34,686 nt of DNA from a virus (taxonomy: Duplodnaviria; Caudoviricetes), in IMG/VR virus record IMGVR_UViG_3300048852_000092, positions 1 through 34,686 of that record, one strand, 5' to 3'. The position numbers were made by a program, and so were the translations under genes. The notes under the pieces were generated by a model, which was not told the DNA's origin, did no database searches, and worked only from the letters and a program-made list of their open reading frames with translations. Shown here one piece after another: positions 16,419 through 24,913 of this stretch. The first letter of the stretch is position 1; each line of letters opens with the position of its first letter.

Positions 16419-18536
16419 TCATCCGAGCCTTGTGGTCTGGCCGATGCGCGCGTCCCGGCCGAGCGCGAAACTGCCCGGCGCCGCGCTGCCGGCGAGGCTG
16501 GTGGCGTGACCGAGGCGGTCCTCGTCGAGCCTGAGCGGCTGCGCCGGCCAGCGGCCGAGCGCGCTGTCGAAGCCGAGCGTCGCCTGGATGCCGAGGCGCA
16601 TGCGCGGCTCGACCCAATGGATGCTCGCCTGGGTATGCGCCGGCGTCTCGGCGCGCAGCAGCCGTTCCAGCCGGCGGCGTTCGGCGGGCCGGCGGGCGCG
16701 GGCGGCGGGCAGGAAGATGCTGAAGCGGTGGGCATGCAGATGGAACGGGTCGCGCAGCGGGTCGCGCTCGGTCGCCAGGCGCGTGACATCGGCCTGCGCC
16801 GTCTCGCCCAGCCGCGAGCGGCCGAGGATGCGTTCGCCCCAGAGCCGCGAGCCCTCACCGAGCCGCCCCTGGCCGAGGGTGAGCCAGCGCCGCAGCCGCC
16901 AGTGCTCCAGCACCAGCCGCGGCGGCTGCCAGGGGCAAGGCGGCGGCAGCCCGCAGCTGGGGCCGCAGGGTGGACAGGCGGGCATGGCGCAGGGCCGGCT
17001 CCGGCCGAGGCCGAGATGCAGGATCAGCATCTGCCTCAGCCCCTCTGGCGTGCCGCGCTGCGCATAGAGCGCGGGCGCGGCACGCAGCAGGCGCCGCTGC
17101 TCCACCTCCGGCAGGCCGGCCAGGGCGCCGTCCAGCCCGACCCAGGAGGCGAGCCAGCTGAGCATGGCCGGCCGGCCGCGCACCGGGCTGCTGGCCGGGG
17201 CGGTGCGCGGATCGAAAAGCTCGGCGATCCGGTCCACCTGCTCCTCGATGGAGCGGAAGCCGCTGTCGAAGATGGCGAGCAGGCGGTCGGTGAGGTCGGC
17301 GGCGACCGGCTCCTCGCCCCAGACGCCCGGCAGGTAGCGGCGCAGGGTGATGCGCGGGAATTCCAGCACCGCCTCATGCAGCCGCGGCGTCGCGTCGCCC
17401 GGCCCCTCCAGCGCCACCTCCAGCCACAGGTAGCGGCCCGGCGAACCGGGGATCAGCGCCTCTTGCGCCTCGGCGGTGAAGGGGCCGCAGGGGGTCCAGG
17501 CGGGGTCGTCGGCGTCGGCCACCAGTTCCGCCGGCAGGTCGAGCTCGGCGGCGCGGGTGCGGATGACGAGGCGCGTGCCGCGGGGCAAGTCGGCGCGCAG
17601 CCTCAGGCGGTGCCAGACGCAACCCTGGATGTGGCTGTCGAGCGGTCCCAGCAACGCGCGGCCCTTGGCAGCGTATGCCTGCCGACGCGGCTGCAGGGCG
17701 CCCGGCACCGGCCTGCCGCGCAGGTCGAACAGCCCGTCGCCGGCCATGGCCGCCCCCCAGGCGCGGCAGAGCGGGCCGAGCGCCAGATGGCCCCGCGCGT
17801 CGAGCGCGAAGGGCAGCGGCGGCAACCGTACCGCCAGCGCCTCCGGCCGCTCCACCGTCTCGGCCAGGCTGCCGTCCAGGTCCAGCAGGCGGACACGGTC
17901 GGCGGCGCTGACCACCAGCCGCCCGTCGCAGGTGAAGGCGAGTGCCCGGACGGCGCCAAGCCCCTCGACACTGCGGCGGTGGCGGCCGAGCCGGTCGAAG
18001 AGGTGCACCGCGCCCTTCGCCGCGTCGCCCACCCAGAGTCCCTCGCCCGCAGCGGGCAGCAGCGCCACCGGCTGCGAGGGCGCGGGCGGCGCCAGCCGGG
18101 CGAGCATGGCCAGGCGGTGACGCTGCAGTACCCAGACGGCCTCGCCTGCCGCGACGTACAGGCGGTCCTCGCTCGCCGCGATGGCCGCGAGGGGCTCGCC
18201 CGGTGGCGGGCCGATGCAGGGCAGCGGCACGAAGCGGCGGTCGCAGGGGTCGAAGCGCAGCAGCCGCCGGCCCGCCGGATCCAGCAGGTAGAGCGTGCCG
18301 TCGGGGGCGAGCGCCACCTGCGGCGGCAGGACCAGCCCGGCAAGCAGGCCGGCGGGGTCGCCCCCGCCGGATGCCGGGGACGGCAGGACGGCCAGCGCCA
18401 GGGCGCCGTCCGCCACGCCCGCCTCGATGCCCACCGGCGCCGCCGTCAGGCGCCAGCCGTCGCCGCGCGAAAGACGAAGCAGCAGCGGGTCATGCGGCGG
18501 CCGGGCGGGAGCGGGCAGGAAGGCGGCCGTGCTCAT
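16419..18536 (-). CDS. phage tail/baseplate wedge protein (P2 gpI-like domain) with N-terminal propeller-like region
   Basis: LRRYLPGVW..DRLLAIF..FDPRTAP..LSWLASWVG..APALYAQRGTPEGL; NHL-like repeats such as VALAPDGTLYLLD. Follows baseplate J with an ATGA overlap. Confidence 0.88.
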   Translation of the reverse strand: MSTAAFLPAPARPPHDPLLLRLSRGDGWRLTAAPVGIEAGVADGALALAVLPSPASGGGDPAGLLAGLVLPPQVALAPDGTLYLLDPAGRRLLRFDPCDRRFVPLPCIGPPPGEPLAAIAASEDRLYVAAGEAVWVLQRHRLAMLARLAPPAPSQPVALLPAAGEGLWVGDAAKGAVHLFDRLGRHRRSVEGLGAVRALAFTCDGRLVVSAADRVRLLDLDGSLAETVERPEALAVRLPPLPFALDARGHLALGPLCRAWGAAMAGDGLFDLRGRPVPGALQPRRQAYAAKGRALLGPLDSHIQGCVWHRLRLRADLPRGTRLVIRTRAAELDLPAELVADADDPAWTPCGPFTAEAQEALIPGSPGRYLWLEVALEGPGDATPRLHEAVLEFPRITLRRYLPGVWGEEPVAADLTDRLLAIFDSGFRSIEEQVDRIAELFDPRTAPASSPVRGRPAMLSWLASWVGLDGALAGLPEVEQRRLLRAAPALYAQRGTPEGLRQMLILHLGLGRSRPCAMPACPPCGPSCGLPPPCPWQPPRLVLEHWRLRRWLTLGQGRLGEGSRLWGERILGRSRLGETAQADVTRLATERDPLRDPFHLHAHRFSIFLPAARARRPAERRRLERLLRAETPAHTQASIHWVEPRMRLGIQATLGFDSALGRWPAQPLRLDEDRLGHATSLAGSAAPGSFALGRDARIGQTTRLG

Positions 18537-20488
18537 CCTGGCGCCTCCTCCAGCACGCTGACCTCGTGCCCGGCCGAGGCAAGCAGCGCGCCCTCCGGCA
18601 CCGGCACGTCGGTGCAGTTCGGGTATTCCTGCCCGTCCAGCTCGATCACCGCGCTGACGATGCGCTCCGCCCCGGCGGCGAGCAGGCGCTGGTGTACGGC
18701 GGAGAAGAAGACATTGCCGCCGAAGGGCCAGCCGCGGCCGTCGGCGCCGCCGGTGAGCGGGTGGAAGAAGCCGTCCAGCGCCGCCACGGCGGCCTCGCGC
18801 AGTTCGGCGGTATCGGCGCCAGGAGGGGCGACGATCCCGGCGGTGACGCGGATGGGCAGGTAGGCGGGTGGCGCGACGTGCAGCTCGGTGGTCAGCAGCC
18901 GGTGCCGGTCGAGGCAGCTGCAGACCGCGCGCAGCAGCCCCTCCCCCGGCAGCGGTGCCGGGCCGGCCTCGTCGGGCACCACGATCAGGGTGACAACACC
19001 CGGCACCTCCACGCCCGGGAAGTCCGGGTGGAAGAGCGGCAGCGCCTTGACCCGACCGATCGGCCCGGCGGCCATGGCCAGGGTCTCGAAATCCTCGGCG
19101 GTCACCGCGCGGTCGCGCGCCTTCAGCGAGCGCGCCGCACGCAGCTCGGCGGCTTCCAGTTCCTCTTCCTCGGTGCCGCCGGCGGAAGGGAAAGGATTGC
19201 TCACCTTCGCCGCGTCGATGCCCGCCACCGGCGTGAGCAGGACGGAGATGGCCCCGGCCGGAAGGTTGCCGCGCCGTCCGCCGCCGAAGCGGTAGCTGCG
19301 GGCGCGGATGTTGCTCGCCGGCAGGTCCGGATTGGCGACCGGGATGCGGCCGCGCACGCCGGGGAAGCGCACCAGGCTGGCGCCGCGGTCGAGCGCATAG
19401 GCCGGCTCGTCGCGGCCGGCGGCGGCGAGGTCGTCCACCTCATGCCAGGCCGTGAAGCCCTGGTCGTCGCCCTCGTCCACCTCCAGCACCAGGGTGCCGT
19501 CCTGCACCGGCCGGCCGGACAGCGTGAAGGTCTGGTCGGCGGTGCCGTCGCTGCCGCCGAGGATCTCGCCCTCCACCGTCTCGCCCTGGGTCGCGGAAAC
19601 GGTGTTGATCCGCACCGCGAGCAGCCGCGGCACCCGCGCCCAGCCCTTGCGGACCACGCGCGCCCGCAGCCAGAAGCGCGGCTCGTCGGCGGCGTCGCCG
19701 AGCCGGATGCGCTGCCAGAGTCCCTTCGCCGGCGTCTTCAGCAGCACCTGGCCGGTGCGGGCGAGCGCATCGGTGTCGTCGCGCAGCAGGCTCATCGCCC
19801 GCCAGCCGCGCCCATCGTGGAATTCGAAGGCGATGGAGCCGCGGCCGGGCAGCGTGCCGCATTGCACGGCGCCGCCCAGCAGCCCGCCGCCCGGGGCGAA
19901 GAAGGTCAGCGCCAGCTCGATGAGCGCGGGCATCTCCGCGGCATCGGTGGCGAAGCCGAGCGCGAGCGCGTTGCCGGGGTCGCCCGCCTCGGCAACGGGG
20001 TGCCAGGGCGCCTCCGCCGCCGCGTTCGCCGCGCCCATGTCCTGGTACACGCCGCCGGCGAAGACACGCACCGCATCCAGCCTGGCCTTCAGCACCAGCA
20101 GCCGCCGGTCGGTTTCGAACACCACCGGCCCCGCCTCGTCCGACTCGGCCGAGGCGAGCTGGGTACGGCGTGGCAGCTCGACGACCGCGGGCGTCGAAGG
20201 ATCGGCATCGGCCTCGAAGCTCAGCCAGGCTTGGGCCGGGCGCGCCGGCTCCAGGTGGATGCCGATCAACTCGAGGAACTTGATGCGGTTCAGCGCCGGC
20301 ACCTGGTTCATGCGGAACAGCAGCAACTCGCCGAGCCAGGCGAAGAGCTGAACCAGGGTGAAGCCGGGGTCGCTGTCGTTGAAGTCGGTCCATTCCCGCG
20401 TGTAGCGCGGGATGCGGGTGCGCGCCTCGGCGACCAGTTCCTCGAAGCGGCGGTCGTCCAGCACGGGCAGCCTGTCGGACAGCGCCAT
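18533..20488 (-). CDS. baseplate assembly protein (gpJ/Afp11-like)
   Basis: LDDRRFEELVAEARTRIPRYTREWTDFNDSDPGFTLVQLFAW; LGGSDGTADQTF; YRFGGGRRGN; RAVTAEDFETLA; FFHPLTGGADGRGWPFG. Confidence 0.95.
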   Translation of the reverse strand: MALSDRLPVLDDRRFEELVAEARTRIPRYTREWTDFNDSDPGFTLVQLFAWLGELLLFRMNQVPALNRIKFLELIGIHLEPARPAQAWLSFEADADPSTPAVVELPRRTQLASAESDEAGPVVFETDRRLLVLKARLDAVRVFAGGVYQDMGAANAAAEAPWHPVAEAGDPGNALALGFATDAAEMPALIELALTFFAPGGGLLGGAVQCGTLPGRGSIAFEFHDGRGWRAMSLLRDDTDALARTGQVLLKTPAKGLWQRIRLGDAADEPRFWLRARVVRKGWARVPRLLAVRINTVSATQGETVEGEILGGSDGTADQTFTLSGRPVQDGTLVLEVDEGDDQGFTAWHEVDDLAAAGRDEPAYALDRGASLVRFPGVRGRIPVANPDLPASNIRARSYRFGGGRRGNLPAGAISVLLTPVAGIDAAKVSNPFPSAGGTEEEELEAAELRAARSLKARDRAVTAEDFETLAMAAGPIGRVKALPLFHPDFPGVEVPGVVTLIVVPDEAGPAPLPGEGLLRAVCSCLDRHRLLTTELHVAPPAYLPIRVTAGIVAPPGADTAELREAAVAALDGFFHPLTGGADGRGWPFGGNVFFSAVHQRLLAAGAERIVSAVIELDGQEYPNCTDVPVPEGALLASAGHEVSVLEEAPG

Positions 20489-20491
20489 GGC

Positions 20492-20896
20492 TCAGGCTCC
20501 CTCGGTGACGAAGAAGGGATAGACCATGTTGCCGATGGCGTTGTTCTGGCGGATTCGCCAGGCGATGCGCACCAGCAGCAGATTCGGCCGCTCCGGCGGG
20601 CTTTCCGCCGTGACCTCCAGCACGTCGATGCGCGGCTCGTTCAGCACCAGGGCTTGGCGCACGCGGTCCTCGACGCGCGCCAGCGTCGCGCTGCCGTGCG
20701 GCGCGAAGACCAGGTCGTGCGCGCCGCAGCCGAATTCCGGCCGCATCACCCGCTCGCCCTGGGCGGTGCCGAGGATCAGGCGGATGGACTCCTCGATCTT
20801 CCGCTCCCCCTGCGAGCATTGCAGCCGCCCGCCCACGACCTCCAGCGGGAAGTGCAGGCCCTGGCCCAGGAAGGGGCGGTAGGCGTTGTCGCTCAC
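20492..20896 (-). CDS. GPW/gp25 family baseplate protein (Afp9-like)
   Basis: GTG at 20896. FLGQGLHFP..IEESIRLILGTAQGERVMRPEFGC..EPRIDV..NMVYPFF. Confidence 0.95.
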   Translation of the reverse strand: MSDNAYRPFLGQGLHFPLEVVGGRLQCSQGERKIEESIRLILGTAQGERVMRPEFGCGAHDLVFAPHGSATLARVEDRVRQALVLNEPRIDVLEVTAESPPERPNLLLVRIAWRIRQNNAIGNMVYPFFVTEGA

Positions 20897-20901
20897 GGCA
20901 C

Positions 20902-21678
20902 TCAGCCCCCCCCTGGCGGCGAAATGCCATCGGCAATGGCGAGCAGCGCCGCCGAGGCGGCGAGCAGCGCATCGCCCGTCTCGTTCATGCTCTCCGCGTC
21001 CTCCAGGCTGCCGATAGCGGGCAGCTTGACCGGGCTGACACCGGCGACGCCCATGAAGGGCTCGGCCATGCCAAGCACGAGAGTGATCGGCTCGATCGCC
21101 ATCAGCGCGCCCTCCGCCGAGTTGCGGGCATTGTCCCGGGCGCAGCCCAGCGCCTGCATCAGCTCCGCATTGCCGGCGGCTTCGGCCTGACGAATCTGCA
21201 GCGTCAGCCCGCCCATCAGCGCGGCGATGGATTTCAGCTGCTGGCCGAGGCAGCGCAGAATCGTGCCGATCAGCCGCAGCAGGTCGCGCACGAAGAGGAA
21301 GGCGCCGGTGCCGAAGGGGAAGCCGATGCACTTGGCGACACCCTCGAAGGCCTTCACCACCTCCACCGCCGCGCCCGGCACCTCCACCACGCCCTTGGCC
21401 GCAGCATCGAAGAACTTCTTCAGCGCGCCGAGCAGCTTCAGCACGTCGAATAGGCACTCCATGCTGGCCAGGATGGGGGCAAGCTGGAGCATCAGGTTGA
21501 AGTTGAGCGAGCAGTCGGTCGGCACGCCTTTGGTGATGTCGGCGAGCGCCTTGATGGTGCCGCCGGTGGGCAGCGTCAGCTCTGGCAGCTCCGGCTTCCT
21601 CAGGCTGAAGGAGGCGCAGGAGGGCATGCTCAGCCGCTCCTGCAGCGCCTCCGGCAGCTTGATGTCGATCGTCGCCAT
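20902..21678 (-). CDS. hypothetical alpha-helical protein between spike and gp25
   Basis: 258-aa ORF with protein-like composition, GGAGG RBS, and tight packing in the operon. No family recognised. Confidence 0.8.
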   Translation of the reverse strand: MATIDIKLPEALQERLSMPSCASFSLRKPELPELTLPTGGTIKALADITKGVPTDCSLNFNLMLQLAPILASMECLFDVLKLLGALKKFFDAAAKGVVEVPGAAVEVVKAFEGVAKCIGFPFGTGAFLFVRDLLRLIGTILRCLGQQLKSIAALMGGLTLQIRQAEAAGNAELMQALGCARDNARNSAEGALMAIEPITLVLGMAEPFMGVAGVSPVKLPAIGSLEDAESMNETGDALLAASAALLAIADGISPPGGG

Positions 21679-21704
21679 CGCCCGACCGTCCTCCCTCTGC
21701 CGCG

Positions 21705-22208
21705 TCAGATCGGGTTCGGCACGGGCAGCACCAGCCGCCCGTTGATCAGGACCGTCGGCGCCTTGATCTGCACCATTGCCACCGCGTTCACCGAGACCTG
21801 GCCGTTCGAGAGCGAGACGCTGTTGCCATGCGCGTCCTCGATCACGATGCCGCCCATGTCACCACCGGCGGGCGTGCTGTCGAGAAAGCGGATCCTGTGG
21901 CCGTTCTTCGTGCAGATCATCCGCTCTCGCGGCTCGTCCGAGGGCGGCCGGTCCACGCCATTCCACAGGAAGCCGACCACAACCGGATGCTCGAACCGCC
22001 CATGCTGGAAGGCGCAGAGCACCTCGTCGCCGATCTCCGGCATGAAGAACATGCCGCGCCCACCGCCCGCCATGGGCGCCACGACCGGGATCCAGTCCGA
22101 CAGCAGTGCGTCGTCGAGCCAGGGGAAGTGCAGGCGGACACGGCCCTTTCCGTCCCGCGCGCGCACCAGCCCGACCACGACGCCTTCCATTCGCCCGACA
22201 CCGCGCAT
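21705..22208 (-). CDS. phage baseplate assembly protein V / gp5 OB-fold spike (C-terminal half of a split VgrG/Afp8)
   Basis: GRVRLHFPWL..SDWIPV..MAGGGRGMFFMPEIGDEVLCAFQHG..PVVVGFLWNG, then short beta-helix repeats. TGATG overlap with the upstream gene. Confidence 0.93.
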   Translation of the reverse strand: MRGVGRMEGVVVGLVRARDGKGRVRLHFPWLDDALLSDWIPVVAPMAGGGRGMFFMPEIGDEVLCAFQHGRFEHPVVVGFLWNGVDRPPSDEPRERMICTKNGHRIRFLDSTPAGGDMGGIVIEDAHGNSVSLSNGQVSVNAVAMVQIKAPTVLINGRLVLPVPNPI

Positions 22209-23428
22209 CACTGGCCGGCCCTCCCCGCAGAGTCCTCGCGCCGGGCGGTGAAGCGCGTGGTATAGCCGCCCTCTCCCAGCGTGTGGGTAGTCTCGGTCAC
22301 GAAATAGGTACCGCCGAGCCTGGCGCCGACGCCGCCGATCTCGATCCGGCTGCCGGCGCGCAGATCCGGCAGGCCGACCGTCGTGCCCGTCGCCTTGACC
22401 ATCTGCTTCAGCCGGTCCTGCAGGATCGCCAGCGCGCGCCGTCGCGCCTCGGCCACGGTGAAGACCGGCTCATCCACCACCAGCTCCTCGCGTCCATCCG
22501 CCTGCAGCAGCAGGCGGTGCAGGTCGGGGTTGATCCTGGCCACCTTGGGGTCACGCAGATCCACCGTCGCGCTGATCCGCGCCTTTCCGCGGCGGTCCCA
22601 GCCGCGCACCGTGACCTTGGCGATCTGATTCGAGGTGGACAGCTGCGGCTTGAACTCGACCAGCGAGCGGCCCCAGGCCAGGCGGTAGTCCACCGGCTTG
22701 ATCGAGGTCGCGGAGGGGCCGAAGAGCAGGTACTCCCGCTTCCGGTCACGCCGGTCCACGCCCTCCACCACCACTAGGTCGTAGCCGTTGCGCCGCGCCA
22801 GGACGAGCAGGAAGTCGATATCATACTGGTTGTCCTGCGCGACAAAGTCGATCGGCACCTCGCCCTCCTCCGTGCCCGGCACCAGCTCGACCGGCAGCGG
22901 CAGCCGCTTCTCCTTGCCGTCGCGAAGCGTCGCCAGCTCGCGCGCGATCTGGCTCGGCTTGCGCCGGAAGAAGGCGTGGCTGTGCTGCTTGCGGCGCAGC
23001 CGGTGCAGCACGTTGAGCGCACGCACTGTCAGTGTCGGCGGCCCGCCGCTAGGGAAGCTCGGCTCCATGCTGGTGACGCTGACCGTGGTGAGCAGGCGGC
23101 GCACCCCGACGTAGCCGAGTTCCACCTGCATCTGCCGCGGCCCCGGCTCGAACAGCACCAGGCGGGAGTCGGCGGGGTTGCCGCCGCGCAGTTCCCCTGC
23201 CGTCTCGGAGCCGATGTAGGGGCAGCGCTGCGCCGCGGGATCCCAGTTGTTCACCGTCAGCTCGACGCTGTCGATGCCCTTGATGTCGTCCTTGTAGGTG
23301 ACCTGCACGATGTCACGGACCACGATCTCCGGGATCGCCGTGCCGCTCGCGGTGAGCTTGAAATAGGGAGCCCAGAAGGCCTGATAGCCCGGATCCGCCG
23401 AGACGGCGTGGAGATCGACGAAGCTCAT
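22208..23428 (-). CDS. phage late control D / gp27-like hub protein (N-terminal half of a split VgrG/Afp8)
   Basis: ATG 23428 in an ATGA overlap. Q.NQYDIDFLLVLARRNGY; LAWGRSLVEFKP; VTVRGWD; G.PDLRAG..IEIGGVGARLGGTYFVTETTHTLGEGGYTTRF. Confidence 0.92.
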   Translation of the reverse strand: MSFVDLHAVSADPGYQAFWAPYFKLTASGTAIPEIVVRDIVQVTYKDDIKGIDSVELTVNNWDPAAQRCPYIGSETAGELRGGNPADSRLVLFEPGPRQMQVELGYVGVRRLLTTVSVTSMEPSFPSGGPPTLTVRALNVLHRLRRKQHSHAFFRRKPSQIARELATLRDGKEKRLPLPVELVPGTEEGEVPIDFVAQDNQYDIDFLLVLARRNGYDLVVVEGVDRRDRKREYLLFGPSATSIKPVDYRLAWGRSLVEFKPQLSTSNQIAKVTVRGWDRRGKARISATVDLRDPKVARINPDLHRLLLQADGREELVVDEPVFTVAEARRRALAILQDRLKQMVKATGTTVGLPDLRAGSRIEIGGVGARLGGTYFVTETTHTLGEGGYTTRFTARREDSAGRAGQ

Positions 23429-24132
23429 GGCGCCGCCCCCGACAGGGCCGGCACCCGCAGCACCCGCCCGGGCTGCAGCCGGCGCGGGTCGGCGATGCCG
23501 TTCGCCTGCGCGATCGGGCGCCACTCGCCGGCGCGCAGGTAGTGGCGATGCGCCACGCGGTCCAGCGTCTGCCCCGCCTCCAGAACATGTGCGTGGGTGC
23601 GGTCGGGCGAGGTGAGGTTCAGCCGCCGGAGCTGTTCGTGCAGCGGCGCGAATTCGCGCAGGGCGAGCGAGACCGTGGCGCGCAGCGGCACGCCGCGCGG
23701 GCTGAATAGCGTGAACTTGTGCTTCACGCTCTCCACCACGCCCTCGAAGCTCTCCCGCCCCTGCCCATCCACCGGCTCGGGCAGGTAGCGCCCCGGGATC
23801 GCCTCGCCCCAGACGAAGCGCACCCGCGGCGGCGCGTGGCCGTTCGGCTCGACCCGCGCGAGAGCGTAGACCTTGTCGGTCAGGTGGGTGACGCTGCTCG
23901 CCTGCGCGCCCATGCCCTGGTCGGTGGTGTCGAAGAACAGCTCGACCGACAGGCGCTCCGCCTGGCCGCGCACGAATTGCTGCAGCGGCGCCCAGAGGCC
24001 GGGGATGGCGATCTCGGCCAGCTGCACGCCCTTCTCGATGGAAAGCTCGGTTGGGTTGAACTGTACCTCGATCCGCTCCCCCTCGCCGGTGGACCAGATC
24101 GGTATCAGCACCGCCTTCGCGGGCTCGCTCAC
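23425..24132 (-). CDS. CIS tube initiator with LysM domain (Afp7-like)
   Basis: VQFNPTELSIEK..LSVELFFDT..PPRVRFVWG..FTLFSPRGVPLRATVSLALRE, then LysM GQTLDRVAHRHY..WRPIAQANGIADPRRLQPGRVLRVP. Confidence 0.93.
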   Translation of the reverse strand: MSEPAKAVLIPIWSTGEGERIEVQFNPTELSIEKGVQLAEIAIPGLWAPLQQFVRGQAERLSVELFFDTTDQGMGAQASSVTHLTDKVYALARVEPNGHAPPRVRFVWGEAIPGRYLPEPVDGQGRESFEGVVESVKHKFTLFSPRGVPLRATVSLALREFAPLHEQLRRLNLTSPDRTHAHVLEAGQTLDRVAHRHYLRAGEWRPIAQANGIADPRRLQPGRVLRVPALSGAAP

Positions 24133-24135
24133 CGT

Positions 24136-24345
24136 TCAGCCCTCCCGCGCCGCACTGCCGGTGGTGGCACCCTCGCCCGCGCCGCGCAGCCGCGTCTCGG
24201 CCTCGCGCCGCTTCTCACGCTCGCGCTCCTCGCGCGCCGCCTCCAGCGTCAGCCGCACCAGCTCCTGCGCCACGGAGGGGGCCAGCAGTGCCTGGCCGTC
24301 CACCGCGCGGATCCGGCTGACCACCTCCTCGATGACGACGTCCAT
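24136..24345 (-). CDS. small eCIS protein (69 aa) at the Afp6-like position
   Basis: RBS GAGGAG. Fills the gap between the tube and LysM genes, a position held by small proteins in Afp-type loci. Confidence 0.75.
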   Translation of the reverse strand: MDVVIEEVVSRIRAVDGQALLAPSVAQELVRLTLEAAREEREREKRREAETRLRGAGEGATTGSAAREG

Positions 24346-24358
24346 CGCCCGGAACTCC

Positions 24359-24913
24359 TCAGCGAAGCAGGTCGAGTGCGGCGCGCGCCGCCTGCGCCAG
24401 CGGCGCGGCGCCGGGAATCAGGAACAGCCCCTCATGCGCGATCTCCAGCGTCTCGACGGCGACAGCCGACTGCGCCGCATTCAGCGTCGGGCCGCTGTAC
24501 TTGACCGGCAGGCCGCGGCGGAAACCCCAGACGATGCGCGGCACATGGCTTTCGTCCTGAAGCGTGATGACGCCGTCGCGGCGCGTGCCGGTGCCGTTGA
24601 CGAAGCCATCGAACCAGGTCCAGAGGTCGAGCCCCCGGCCCATGCCGCGCCTGAGCGTGAGGTTCGACCACTTCACCCGGGTGGGGAAGCGCAGCACCGC
24701 ACCGTTTCGCCCGCCTTCCTGGTGATCCTGCGTCTCCAGCGTGCCCTCGAGCCCGCTACATTCCGAGAAGCCGGCGACCGGCGTCAGCGAGACAGCGGAG
24801 ATCGTCACCGCAGCCAGCGCGCCGCCGAGCGCGCTGCGCGAGTCGAGCAGGCTGACCTGGAAGTTGTAGCCAAGCAGCGGGTCCCGCCGCGTGCCGGTGG
24901 CCGTGCCGCTCAT
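24359..24913 (-). CDS. tail tube protein 2 (T4 gp19-like, Afp5-like)
   Basis: DPLLGYNFQV..AGFSECSGL..EGGRN..NLTLRRG..RRDGVITL..PVKYSGPTLNA..VAVETLEIAHEG. Confidence 0.95.
   Translation of the reverse strand: MSGTATGTRRDPLLGYNFQVSLLDSRSALGGALAAVTISAVSLTPVAGFSECSGLEGTLETQDHQEGGRNGAVLRFPTRVKWSNLTLRRGMGRGLDLWTWFDGFVNGTGTRRDGVITLQDESHVPRIVWGFRRGLPVKYSGPTLNAAQSAVAVETLEIAHEGLFLIPGAAPLAQAARAALDLLR

Noticed and set aside
16409-16858. ORF-track N-terminal extensions (also 114-329, 20897-21457, 23429-23524, 32479-32631, 32736-32930)
   Set aside because: They overlap neighbouring genes or promoters. Downstream starts have an RBS or stop-start coupling and match family N-termini.
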